A stretch of DNA of 53,611 nt from Nitrospirota bacterium. Its GTDB lineage: Bacteria > Nitrospirota > Thermodesulfovibrionia > Thermodesulfovibrionales > UBA6898. Positions 46,020-53,611 of this stretch are shown here, in pieces (position 1 is the stretch's first letter; the number at the start of each line of letters is the position of its first letter). The position numbers were made by a program, and so were the translations under genes. The notes under the pieces were generated by a model. That model searched no databases and was not told the DNA's origin. It saw only the letters and a list, made by a program, of their open reading frames with translations. The stretch is taken from the NCBI GenBank assembly GCA_016217695.1, contig JACRHE010000089.1, forward strand, positions 1 to 53,611, read 5' to 3'.

Positions 46020-46092
46020 GCAGAATCTTATAAAAATATTCTCCGTACTGACGAAAAGTTTTTTCGGCTTACCCGTGAAATTTACGAATAAT
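46020..46092 (-). repeat. intergenic repeat family, copy C (5' half well conserved; degenerate 3' part may extend to about 45951)
   Basis: The minus strand reads ATTATTCGTAAATTTCACGGGTAAGCCGAAAAAACTTTTCGTCAGTACGGAG..., nearly identical to the 5' half of copy A. Confidence 0.55.
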
Positions 46093-46138
46093 GTGGGAAA
46101 GACAGGGTCGGCTACCCTGTCACAGGGGCAACTGCAGG

Positions 46139-49100
46139 TCAGGCCTTATGGTATTCCTGAATCGACCGAATATTGATCTTCTTCTTTTTCAGCATCTCTA
46201 TGGCGTTGACAACGGCCCTGGCGCCGGCGACGGTTGTGGTATAGGGCACGCCATATTGAAGCGCAGACCTGCGTATGGAGAAGGAGTCTTTCTGCGCCTG
46301 TGCCCCGCTTACAGTGTTTATGACAAATACGATCTCCTTGTTTTTTATCAGATCAACGATATGAGGCCTGCCTTCGACTACCTTGTTGATCACCTCCACA
46401 TCGAGACCCTTTTCGCCCAGGAATGCAGCGGTCCCCTTCGTTGCGATGACGGAGAATCCTGCGGCATAGAGACGCTCCACAATATTGCATATGCCGGGTT
46501 TGTCCTGGTCTCTGATGCTGATGACGATCTTTCCTGAAAGGGGTATCCTGTTATTGACAGAGGCCTGCGCCTTTGCAAAGGCCCGGCCGAAATCCTCGTC
46601 AATGCCCATCACCTCTCCGGTAGACTTCATCTCAGGCCCCAGTATCGTATCCACACCAGGGAACTTGTCAAAGGGAAATACCGCCTCCTTGACTGCGACA
46701 TGCCTGATCTCCTTTTCAGAGGTAAACCCGAGTTCTTTCAGCGTCCTGCCTGTCATCACCTTGGCAGCGATCTTTGCAAGCGGGACCCCCGTGACCTTGC
46801 TCACAAACGGGATCGTCCGTGAAGCTCGGGGGTTCACCTCAAGGATATATATCTCGTCCTTTTTCACAGCAAACTGGATGTTCATCAGGCCGATGACGCC
46901 GAGATCCTTTGCAAGGGCCTTTGTCTGCCTCCTGATCTCATCCGTTATGGCGCTGTTGAGAGAATATGGCGGCAGTGAGCATGCAGAGTCGCCTGAATGG
47001 ATCCCGGCCTCCTCTATATGCTCCATGACCCCTCCGATAACAACGTCGTTGCCGTCAGATACTGCATCCACGTCCACCTCGATCGCGTCATTGAGGTATT
47101 TGTCGACCAGTATGGGATGCTCCGGCGAGGCCTTCACCGCCCTCTCCATATAATTGCGTATCGAATCCTCGTCATAGACGATCTCCATCGCCCTTCCGCC
47201 CAGAACATAGGAGGGCCTGACCATCACAGGGTAGCCTATCTTCCTGGCGGCCTCCACCGCCTCCTCCACAGACATCGCTGTGTCGCTTTCAGGCTGTTTA
47301 AGCCCAAGCTTATGCAGGAGCTCTTTGAACCTCTTTCTGTCTTCAGCCCGGTCTATAGAATCAGGAGATGTACCGAGGATCCTGATGCCCTCCTTCTCCA
47401 GAGGCACGGCAAGCTTCAGGGGGGTCTGGCCCCCGAACTGGACGATTACCCCTTCCGGTTTCTCGGTCTCGATGATATTGAGCACGTCCTCTATCGTAAG
47501 AGGCTCAAAATAGAGCCTGTCGGAGGTATCATAATCAGTACTCACTGTCTCGGGATTGCAGTTGACCATGATAGTCTCGTATCCAAGCTCCCGCAGTGCA
47601 TAAACCGCGTGTACACAGCAGTAATCAAACTCGATGCCCTGCCCTATCCTGTTCGGCCCGGAACCAAGGATTACGATCTTCTTTCTGTCAGTAGGATTCG
47701 CCTCGGAATCATATGAAGACTGCCCTCCTCCTTCAACCTTGTAGAAGGGTCTCTCATAGGTTGAGTAAAGGTAAGGGGTAAATGCGGCAAACTCGGCAGC
47801 GCATGTATCCACCATCTTGTAGACAGGACGGATGTTGTTATCCTTACGAAGCTTTCTTATTCCGGCCTCGTCCATATTTAACAGCTGTGACAGTCTCTTG
47901 TCAGAGAAGCCGTATTCCTTGGCCTCCCGCAGCATCCCTGCTGTTTCCGGCGACTGACTTCCCGTCCCGGACTTCCTTATTTTATCTTCCATTTCTATGA
48001 TCTGCTTCATGTTGTTGAGGAACCAGGGATCAACATTAGTATATTCAAAAATCTCGCTCACGCCCATGCCGTTTCTGAGGGCCTGAGCAATATACCAGAA
48101 CCTTTCGACTCCGGGGATCTTGAGCCTGATCTTGGTCTTCTCGGGATCGCTGCTCACCTCATCCATGCCGCAGACGCCGGATTCAAGGCTCCGCAGGGCC
48201 TTCTGCAGAGACTCCTTGAATGTCCTGCCTATGGACATCACCTCTCCGACAGACTTCATCTGGGTGGTGAGCACAGGATCGGCCTCAGGGAATTTTTCGA
48301 ACGCGAACCTCGGGAATTTCGTAACCACATAGTCGATAGTCGGCTCAAATGAGGCAGGTGTCTCGCGCGTGATATCATTTCTTATCTCATCAAGGGTGAG
48401 GCCGACTGCCAGCTTGGCTGCGATCTTTGCTATCGGGAATCCTGTCGCCTTTGAGGCAAGTGCAGAACTCCTGGAAACCCTGGGGTTCATCTCGATGACT
48501 ACCATCCTGCCGTCTCTGGGATTGAGGGCAAACTGGATGTTCGAACCGCCGGTGTCGACTCCTATCTCACGAATGATATCTATGGAGGCGTCCCTCATGC
48601 GCTGGTATTCCTTGTCCGTCAGGGTCTGGGCAGGAGCCACTGTAATTGAATCCCCTGTATGGACCCCCATAGGATCGAAATTCTCTATGGAACAGATGAT
48701 CACGACATTGTCTTTTTTGTCGCGCATCACCTCCAGCTCATACTCCTTCCACCCGAGGGCGGATTCCTCTATCAGCACCTGATGTACCGGGCTGAGCTTT
48801 AATCCCTTGTCCAGAAGCTCGACGAATTCCTCCTTGTTGTACGCGATGCCTCCGCCTGTGCCTCCCAGGGTAAAGGCAGGCCTGAAAATGGCAGGAAAGC
48901 CCAGAAAGCTTATCGCGTCCATGCCCTCCTGCATGCTCGTGACAGCAGCACTCTTTGGCACCTCAAGCCCTATCTTGGCCATCGCCTCCTTGAAAAGCTC
49001 CCTGTCTTCCGCCTTTTTTATAGCAGGCAGCTTGGCGCCTATAAGCTCGACCCGGTACTTATCCAGAACGCCTCTTTCCGAGAGCTCTACCGCAAGATTC

Positions 49101-49387
49101 AGCGCAGTCTGTCCCCCCATTGTGGGAAGGATGGCGTCAGGACGCTCCTTCTCGATGATAAGCTCAAGCATCTCGGGCGTCAGAGGTTCTATATACGTTA
49201 CGTCGGCTGTCTCAGGGTCGGTCATGATAGTGGCAGGGTTGGAGTTGACAAGGATGACGCGGTAACCTTCGTCCCGAAGGGCCTTGCATGACTGCGTGCC
49301 GGAATAATCGAACTCACAGGCCTGTCCTATGATTATAGGACCGGACCCGATAATCAGGATGCTCTTGATATCTTCTCTCTTGGGCAA
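46139..49387 (-). CDS. carB: carbamoyl-phosphate synthase large subunit
   Basis: 1082 aa with duplicated ATP-grasp halves and an MGS-like C-terminal domain. TTG start with RBS GAGAGG. Confidence 0.97.
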   Translation of the reverse strand: MPKREDIKSILIIGSGPIIIGQACEFDYSGTQSCKALRDEGYRVILVNSNPATIMTDPETADVTYIEPLTPEMLELIIEKERPDAILPTMGGQTALNLAVELSERGVLDKYRVELIGAKLPAIKKAEDRELFKEAMAKIGLEVPKSAAVTSMQEGMDAISFLGFPAIFRPAFTLGGTGGGIAYNKEEFVELLDKGLKLSPVHQVLIEESALGWKEYELEVMRDKKDNVVIICSIENFDPMGVHTGDSITVAPAQTLTDKEYQRMRDASIDIIREIGVDTGGSNIQFALNPRDGRMVVIEMNPRVSRSSALASKATGFPIAKIAAKLAVGLTLDEIRNDITRETPASFEPTIDYVVTKFPRFAFEKFPEADPVLTTQMKSVGEVMSIGRTFKESLQKALRSLESGVCGMDEVSSDPEKTKIRLKIPGVERFWYIAQALRNGMGVSEIFEYTNVDPWFLNNMKQIIEMEDKIRKSGTGSQSPETAGMLREAKEYGFSDKRLSQLLNMDEAGIRKLRKDNNIRPVYKMVDTCAAEFAAFTPYLYSTYERPFYKVEGGGQSSYDSEANPTDRKKIVILGSGPNRIGQGIEFDYCCVHAVYALRELGYETIMVNCNPETVSTDYDTSDRLYFEPLTIEDVLNIIETEKPEGVIVQFGGQTPLKLAVPLEKEGIRILGTSPDSIDRAEDRKRFKELLHKLGLKQPESDTAMSVEEAVEAARKIGYPVMVRPSYVLGGRAMEIVYDEDSIRNYMERAVKASPEHPILVDKYLNDAIEVDVDAVSDGNDVVIGGVMEHIEEAGIHSGDSACSLPPYSLNSAITDEIRRQTKALAKDLGVIGLMNIQFAVKKDEIYILEVNPRASRTIPFVSKVTGVPLAKIAAKVMTGRTLKELGFTSEKEIRHVAVKEAVFPFDKFPGVDTILGPEMKSTGEVMGIDEDFGRAFAKAQASVNNRIPLSGKIVISIRDQDKPGICNIVERLYAAGFSVIATKGTAAFLGEKGLDVEVINKVVEGRPHIVDLIKNKEIVFVINTVSGAQAQKDSFSIRRSALQYGVPYTTTVAGARAVVNAIEMLKKKKINIRSIQEYHKA

Positions 49388-49675
49388 ATTAACCTCTCAA
49401 ATAATAAATTTAGTCAAATCCTCTAAACAATTCATCGCACCTTTATGGCAGATATGCGTAAAAAATTTACCTGCACCACCGTTGTAAGGCAATTATAAAT
49501 TCACACAGCAGATATTCACCAAGAACAAGTTGACCATCTTGTTATAACCTGATTGTGCATTGTAAACTTTTTAAAGTATGCCTGCCATAGCGGCCCATAG
49601 CGTCTCAAATCTTCAGAAACTCCTTTATCACTTCGTGGGCCGCAAGCACGTCCTCCATGCTGTCGTCCGCGTATA

Positions 49676-50242
49676 TCAGCCTCTCGGTCCCGTCTGCCAG
49701 CTTGAGCTTGAGAAGATATAAGGCCTTTTCCTCTCCAAAGCCCGGTATAACTGTCCCGTGCTGGGCAGAGATTTTTTTGACAAACTCAACAGCATCAGGA
49801 TTTTCGGCTGCAGTCCGCCTGGTTTCAACAATGATATTTTGTATGCACTGAAGGCCGATAAAAACTTTTTTTTTACGAAGAACCCTGGAGCCTGAATTGC
49901 CGCCTCTCCTGATTGCCTGTCAAAGGCTGCAACAAGAGACTTCTCCCTGAACACCACGATCCTGAAGAAAAGAAAGAGAACTATGAAAGCAACCAGAAAA
50001 GAGATCGCACCCAAAAGGCTGAAGAGATATGCCGGCAAAAGATCCCCATGCTTTCTCATTACAAAGAGTAAGGCAATGCACGTAAGCACAGACCCTGCCG
50101 ACAATATGGAAGCAAGCTCCGGGTTGTAAAGGCCGCGGTGAAGGACACTCCCCTGTCCCTCCCTGAACCTGCCCGTCGTAAAGACCAGGGTATCTCCGTC
50201 TCTGACGAGGGAATATCCCTTATGCCCGGTCCCTGTCACCAT
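49676..50242 (-). CDS. two-TM hypothetical protein inside the pyr/car operon; the reading frame changes at an A9 tract (true end probably 49605)
   Basis: The ATG overlaps the carA stop (ATGGTGA). After FFVKKK the listed frame becomes low-complexity, while the -1 frame encodes a globular-looking 87-aa tail without any start codon. Confidence 0.55.
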   Translation of the reverse strand: MVTGTGHKGYSLVRDGDTLVFTTGRFREGQGSVLHRGLYNPELASILSAGSVLTCIALLFVMRKHGDLLPAYLFSLLGAISFLVAFIVLFLFFRIVVFREKSLVAAFDRQSGEAAIQAPGFFVKKKFLSAFSAYKISLLKPGGLQPKILMLLSLSKKSLPSTGQLYRALERKRPYIFSSSSWQTGPRG

Positions 50243-51372
50243 ACGCCCTTTTCGATCATCTCTCCGAACCTTCTGAAGAGGTGAATAGAGTCATTGGGGC
50301 CGGGGCCTGCCTCAGGATGGTGCTGAACAGAGAATATGGGAAGGTCCGCATGGACCATACCCTCTTCAGTTCCGTCATAGAGGTTGGTATGAGTCAGCCT
50401 TGCCTTGCCTTTCAGGCTTTTAACATCCACACAGTAGTTATGGTTCTGAGAAGTTATCTCTACCCTGTTCGTAGCAAGGTCCTTCACAGGATGATTCCCC
50501 CCGTGATGTCCGAACTTGAGCTTATATGTCTGTCCGCCCATCGCCAGGCCGAGGATCTGATGTCCAAGACATATCCCGAAGATCGGCTTTCTCCCGATAA
50601 GTCTCCTGGTGTTTTCGATCGCGTAACCGACTGTCTGGGGATCTCCAGGTCCGTTGCTCAGAAGTACGGCGTCGGGCTCCATCTCAAGGACCGCTTCGCA
50701 AGGGGTCTGCGCAGGCACAACAGTGACTGCAAAACCGGCATCGACGAGATTCTTCAGGATGTTAAGTTTGATGCCGAAGTCATAGACAACCACTTTTTTC
50801 AGTCCCGAAGACGGGGATTCAATTGCCTCGGCAGTGCAGCTCCATTTCCAGCAGCCCTCTGCCCAAGTATAGACCTGCCTAGTAGTTACATCTTTCACAA
50901 GGTCAAAGGCGGAGATGCCGGGATGACTGCGGACCTTGTCAAGCAGCCTGCGGGGATCCGGCTCCTTTGTCGATATGATGCCCATCTGCGCGCCATGATT
51001 CCTGAGATGCCTGGTCAGAGCCCTTGTGTCGATATCCTGGATGCCCACAACACCGTGCCTTTTCATATATCCGGGGAGACTGCCTGAGGACCGCCAGTTG
51101 CTCGGAAAGTCAGAGGCCTCTTTGACAATAAAACCTTCGGCCTTTATACCTCCGGCTGATTCGGCATCCTCTTCGTTCACCCCGTAGTTGCCGATCTGGG
51201 TATAGGTCATAGTCACGATCTGTCCCTTATACGAAGGGTCTGTGAGTATCTCCTGGTAACCGGTCATAGAGGTGTTGAAGACCACCTCCCCGATCGTCTC
51301 CCCTTCAGCACCAAAGCCTTTTCCCTCAAATACAGTACCGTCACCAAGAACCAATAACGCCTTTAATCCCAT
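50236..51372 (-). CDS. carA: carbamoyl-phosphate synthase small (glutaminase) subunit
   Basis: VFNTSMTGYQEILTDPSY, active-site GICLGHQ, HH..E triad region. Confidence 0.95.
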   Translation of the reverse strand: MGLKALLVLGDGTVFEGKGFGAEGETIGEVVFNTSMTGYQEILTDPSYKGQIVTMTYTQIGNYGVNEEDAESAGGIKAEGFIVKEASDFPSNWRSSGSLPGYMKRHGVVGIQDIDTRALTRHLRNHGAQMGIISTKEPDPRRLLDKVRSHPGISAFDLVKDVTTRQVYTWAEGCWKWSCTAEAIESPSSGLKKVVVYDFGIKLNILKNLVDAGFAVTVVPAQTPCEAVLEMEPDAVLLSNGPGDPQTVGYAIENTRRLIGRKPIFGICLGHQILGLAMGGQTYKLKFGHHGGNHPVKDLATNRVEITSQNHNYCVDVKSLKGKARLTHTNLYDGTEEGMVHADLPIFSVQHHPEAGPGPNDSIHLFRRFGEMIEKGVW

Positions 51373-52685
51373 GTATATACCTTTCCATTAACGAGAGTTA
51401 TCACCGGCAAGCCATGCAGCAGCATACCGTCAAAGGGTGTATTCTTTCCTTTTGAAAGGAAGCGGGATGCATCCACCCGGTATTGTTTTTTATGATCCAG
51501 GATAACAACGTCGGCAGGCAAACCGGGTCTGAGGCTTCCCCTGTCTATCCCCATAATCCTGGCCGGATTGAGCGCCATCTTTTCAATAAGTCCACTCATA
51601 CTCAGAACACCTTTTTCAACAAGCCGAATACTGAGACTGATTGCGGTTTCAAGCCCTGATATGCCGGAAGGGGCGAGGTCGAACTCTCCCATTTTCTCAT
51701 CATGGTGATGAGGGGCATGATCAGTCGCGATCACGTCCAGAGTTCCGTCAGCAAGCCCTTCCATAATCCCTTCGACATCCTTCTCAGTGCGAAGAGGAGG
51801 GTTGACCTTCGCGTTCGTGTTGTATCCCTCTACCGCCTTCTCCGTTATCGAAAAATAGTGAGGGCATGTCTCTGCCGTGACCCTGGCGATCCCCCTCTTC
51901 TTTGCCGCGCGTATCAGCGCAACAGACCCTGCTGTCGAGACATGGGCTATATGCAGTCTTCCCCCAGTCAGCTCCGCAAGGGCGATATCCCTCGAAATCA
52001 TGATCTCCTCGGCCTGGCCGGGTATCCCTTTAAGACCAAGAGTCACTGAGAGGAGTCCTTCATTCATCACTCCGCCGGCTGCAAGAACAAGGTCCTCGCA
52101 GTGTGATATGAGAGGCACCCCGAGAATCTTCGAGTATTCCAGCGCCCTCCTCATGACAAGACTGTCCATAACAGGCCTGCCGTCATCCGAAAACGCTACG
52201 CACCCGGCATCCCGCATCATGCCCATCTCGGCAAGCTCTTCACCCTTCTGTCCCTTGGTTACCGCACCGACAGGAAAGACCGAACAGGCCCCTTCAGACG
52301 CCGCATTCCTGACGATGAATTCGGTCACGCTCGCGTTGTCGTTTACCGGTTTCGTGTTCGGCATGCAGCAGACAGAGGTTATCCCGCCGCGTATAGCGGC
52401 ATATGTCCCGCTCTTTATTGTCTCCTTGTATTCAAAGCCCGGCTCCCTCAAATGGACGTGCATATCAACAAGACCGGGCAGCACGTACATACCCGCAGCA
52501 TCTATTGTCTGTACCTCCCCGGCATTCATCTCCCCGCGTTCACCCGCGTTGATCTTTTTGTTTCGTACTCCTGCCTTATGTCTTCTGAGCTCTGCGATCT
52601 TTCCATCCCCGATCAGGATATCGCAAAGGCCGTCTATGTCCTGCGAAGGATCTATCACATGTCCATTTCTTATGATCAGATTCAT
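51363..52685 (-). CDS. pyrC: dihydroorotase
   Basis: [13 protein letters not shown] metal-binding motif. 440 aa. Overlaps carA and pyrB. Confidence 0.93.
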   Translation of the reverse strand: MNLIIRNGHVIDPSQDIDGLCDILIGDGKIAELRRHKAGVRNKKINAGERGEMNAGEVQTIDAAGMYVLPGLVDMHVHLREPGFEYKETIKSGTYAAIRGGITSVCCMPNTKPVNDNASVTEFIVRNAASEGACSVFPVGAVTKGQKGEELAEMGMMRDAGCVAFSDDGRPVMDSLVMRRALEYSKILGVPLISHCEDLVLAAGGVMNEGLLSVTLGLKGIPGQAEEIMISRDIALAELTGGRLHIAHVSTAGSVALIRAAKKRGIARVTAETCPHYFSITEKAVEGYNTNAKVNPPLRTEKDVEGIMEGLADGTLDVIATDHAPHHHDEKMGEFDLAPSGISGLETAISLSIRLVEKGVLSMSGLIEKMALNPARIMGIDRGSLRPGLPADVVILDHKKQYRVDASRFLSKGKNTPFDGMLLHGLPVITLVNGKVYTWD

Positions 52686-53605
52686 TCCCTCACCCCGGCC
52701 AGCAGATAAAGGACCGCCATCCTAACCGCAAGCCCGTTCGTCACCTGCTCAAGTATTACGGATCGCCCGCCGTCGGCCACCTCAGATGAGATCTCAACAC
52801 CCCGGTTCAATGGCCCCGGATGCATAACGATGGCATCGCCTTTTGCCATGGCCAGCCTCGCAGCAGTAAGCCCCCAGTTCCTGAAATATTCCACAGTCGA
52901 GGGGAAATACCCCTTGCCCTGCCTCTCCATCTGTATCCTCAGCATCATGATGACGTCAACATCCCTTAAACCTTCATCCATATCGGTGTATATCTTCACC
53001 CCAAGTTCCTCCATGCATAAGGGGATGAGAGTCGGAGGACCGATGAGCCTCACGCCTGCACCCATCTTTTTCAGGGCATAGATGTTCGACTTGGCAACCC
53101 TGCTGTGCAGGATGTCGCCTACGATCGCCACCTCAAGTCCGCCGATCCCGTGCTTTTTCTCCCTGATCGTGAAGAGGTCGAGCAGGGCCTGAGTCGGATG
53201 CTCATTAGTGCCGTCCCCGGCATTGATCACTGATGCGGCGAGGTGGCCGGCCAGAAACTGGGCAGTGCCTGAACAGGCATGTCTGACTACGATAAAATCA
53301 GCGCCGAGGGCCTGAATAGTCATGGCCGTATCCCTCAGCGACTCACCCTTGACAACACTGCTTGTCGAAACCGAAAAATTGATTACGTCGGTGCTCAGCC
53401 TCTTTGCTGCAAGCTCGAAAGATGTCCTGGTCCTCGTCGACGGTTCATAGAAAAGGTTCACCGTTGTCTTGCCCCGGAGCGCCGGGACCTTCTTGATGTC
53501 GCGGCCAAGAACATCCTTGAATCCCGAGGCGGTTTCAAGTATGAGTCCGATATCTCCGGCATCGAGGTCCTTGATGCATATGAGGTCCTTTGCCTTCAGG
53601 CTCAT
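52682..53605 (-). CDS. pyrB: aspartate carbamoyltransferase catalytic subunit
   Basis: [13 protein letters not shown] carbamoyl-phosphate motif and HPGP(L)NRG. 307 aa. Confidence 0.95.
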   Translation of the reverse strand: MSLKAKDLICIKDLDAGDIGLILETASGFKDVLGRDIKKVPALRGKTTVNLFYEPSTRTRTSFELAAKRLSTDVINFSVSTSSVVKGESLRDTAMTIQALGADFIVVRHACSGTAQFLAGHLAASVINAGDGTNEHPTQALLDLFTIREKKHGIGGLEVAIVGDILHSRVAKSNIYALKKMGAGVRLIGPPTLIPLCMEELGVKIYTDMDEGLRDVDVIMMLRIQMERQGKGYFPSTVEYFRNWGLTAARLAMAKGDAIVMHPGPLNRGVEISSEVADGGRSVILEQVTNGLAVRMAVLYLLAGVRE

Positions 53606-53611
53606 TCGAGG

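Overview
This is a 53.6-kb chromosomal segment from a diderm bacterium. LptE and an OmpA/Pal-like lipoprotein support the diderm call. It is probably an anaerobe, given several small ferredoxins, NifX-like/DUF134 genes, c-type cytochromes, Tpx and ferritin-like genes. I cannot assign a taxon from sequence alone.

I support about 48 CDSs and 7 tRNA genes, all with encoded CCA: Lys-UUU (partial), Glu-UUC, Ala-CGC, Arg-UCU, His-GUG, Arg-CCG and Lys-CUU.

Housekeeping blocks:
- ychF
- thrC plus a Cys/Met-metabolism PLP enzyme
- a sigma-70 factor
- rpsT
- leuS-lptE-holA
- ccdA-mogA-MOSC
- pfk and pgk
- pyrB-pyrC-carA-(membrane ORF)-carB

Regulatory genes are one NarL-type two-component pair, two hybrid histidine kinases and a PilZ protein.

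Accessory-looking parts:
- A tRNA-Glu-linked island remnant (integrase fragment, IS transposase fragment, Tat flavoprotein, split spermidine-synthase-like pair, CDF transporter).
- An oxidative-stress cluster (DUF1059, Tpx, EncFtn-like, ferritin-like, Trx).
- A redox cluster (cytochrome c, NifX-like, DUF134, cytochrome c/b5-like membrane protein, ferredoxin).

I found no rRNA, CRISPR array, intact IS element or recognisable defence system.

Observations most worth follow-up:
1. An unrecognised three-copy ~150-nt intergenic repeat with a covarying terminal stem. Two copies bracket pgk.
2. A consensus-promoter/terminator-bounded ~270-nt candidate sRNA with C-rich loops.
3. A promoter-leader-terminator module (candidate riboswitch or attenuator) just downstream of tRNA-Ala.
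4. Three interrupted genes: an in-frame TAA in the sigma-70 gene, a frame change at an A AAA AAG / A9 tract in the carA-carB operon, and a split cytochrome c/b5 gene.
5. A secreted 6-Cys peptide with beta-defensin-like cysteine spacing.

All calls come from reading the sequence and ORF translations. No database search was run.
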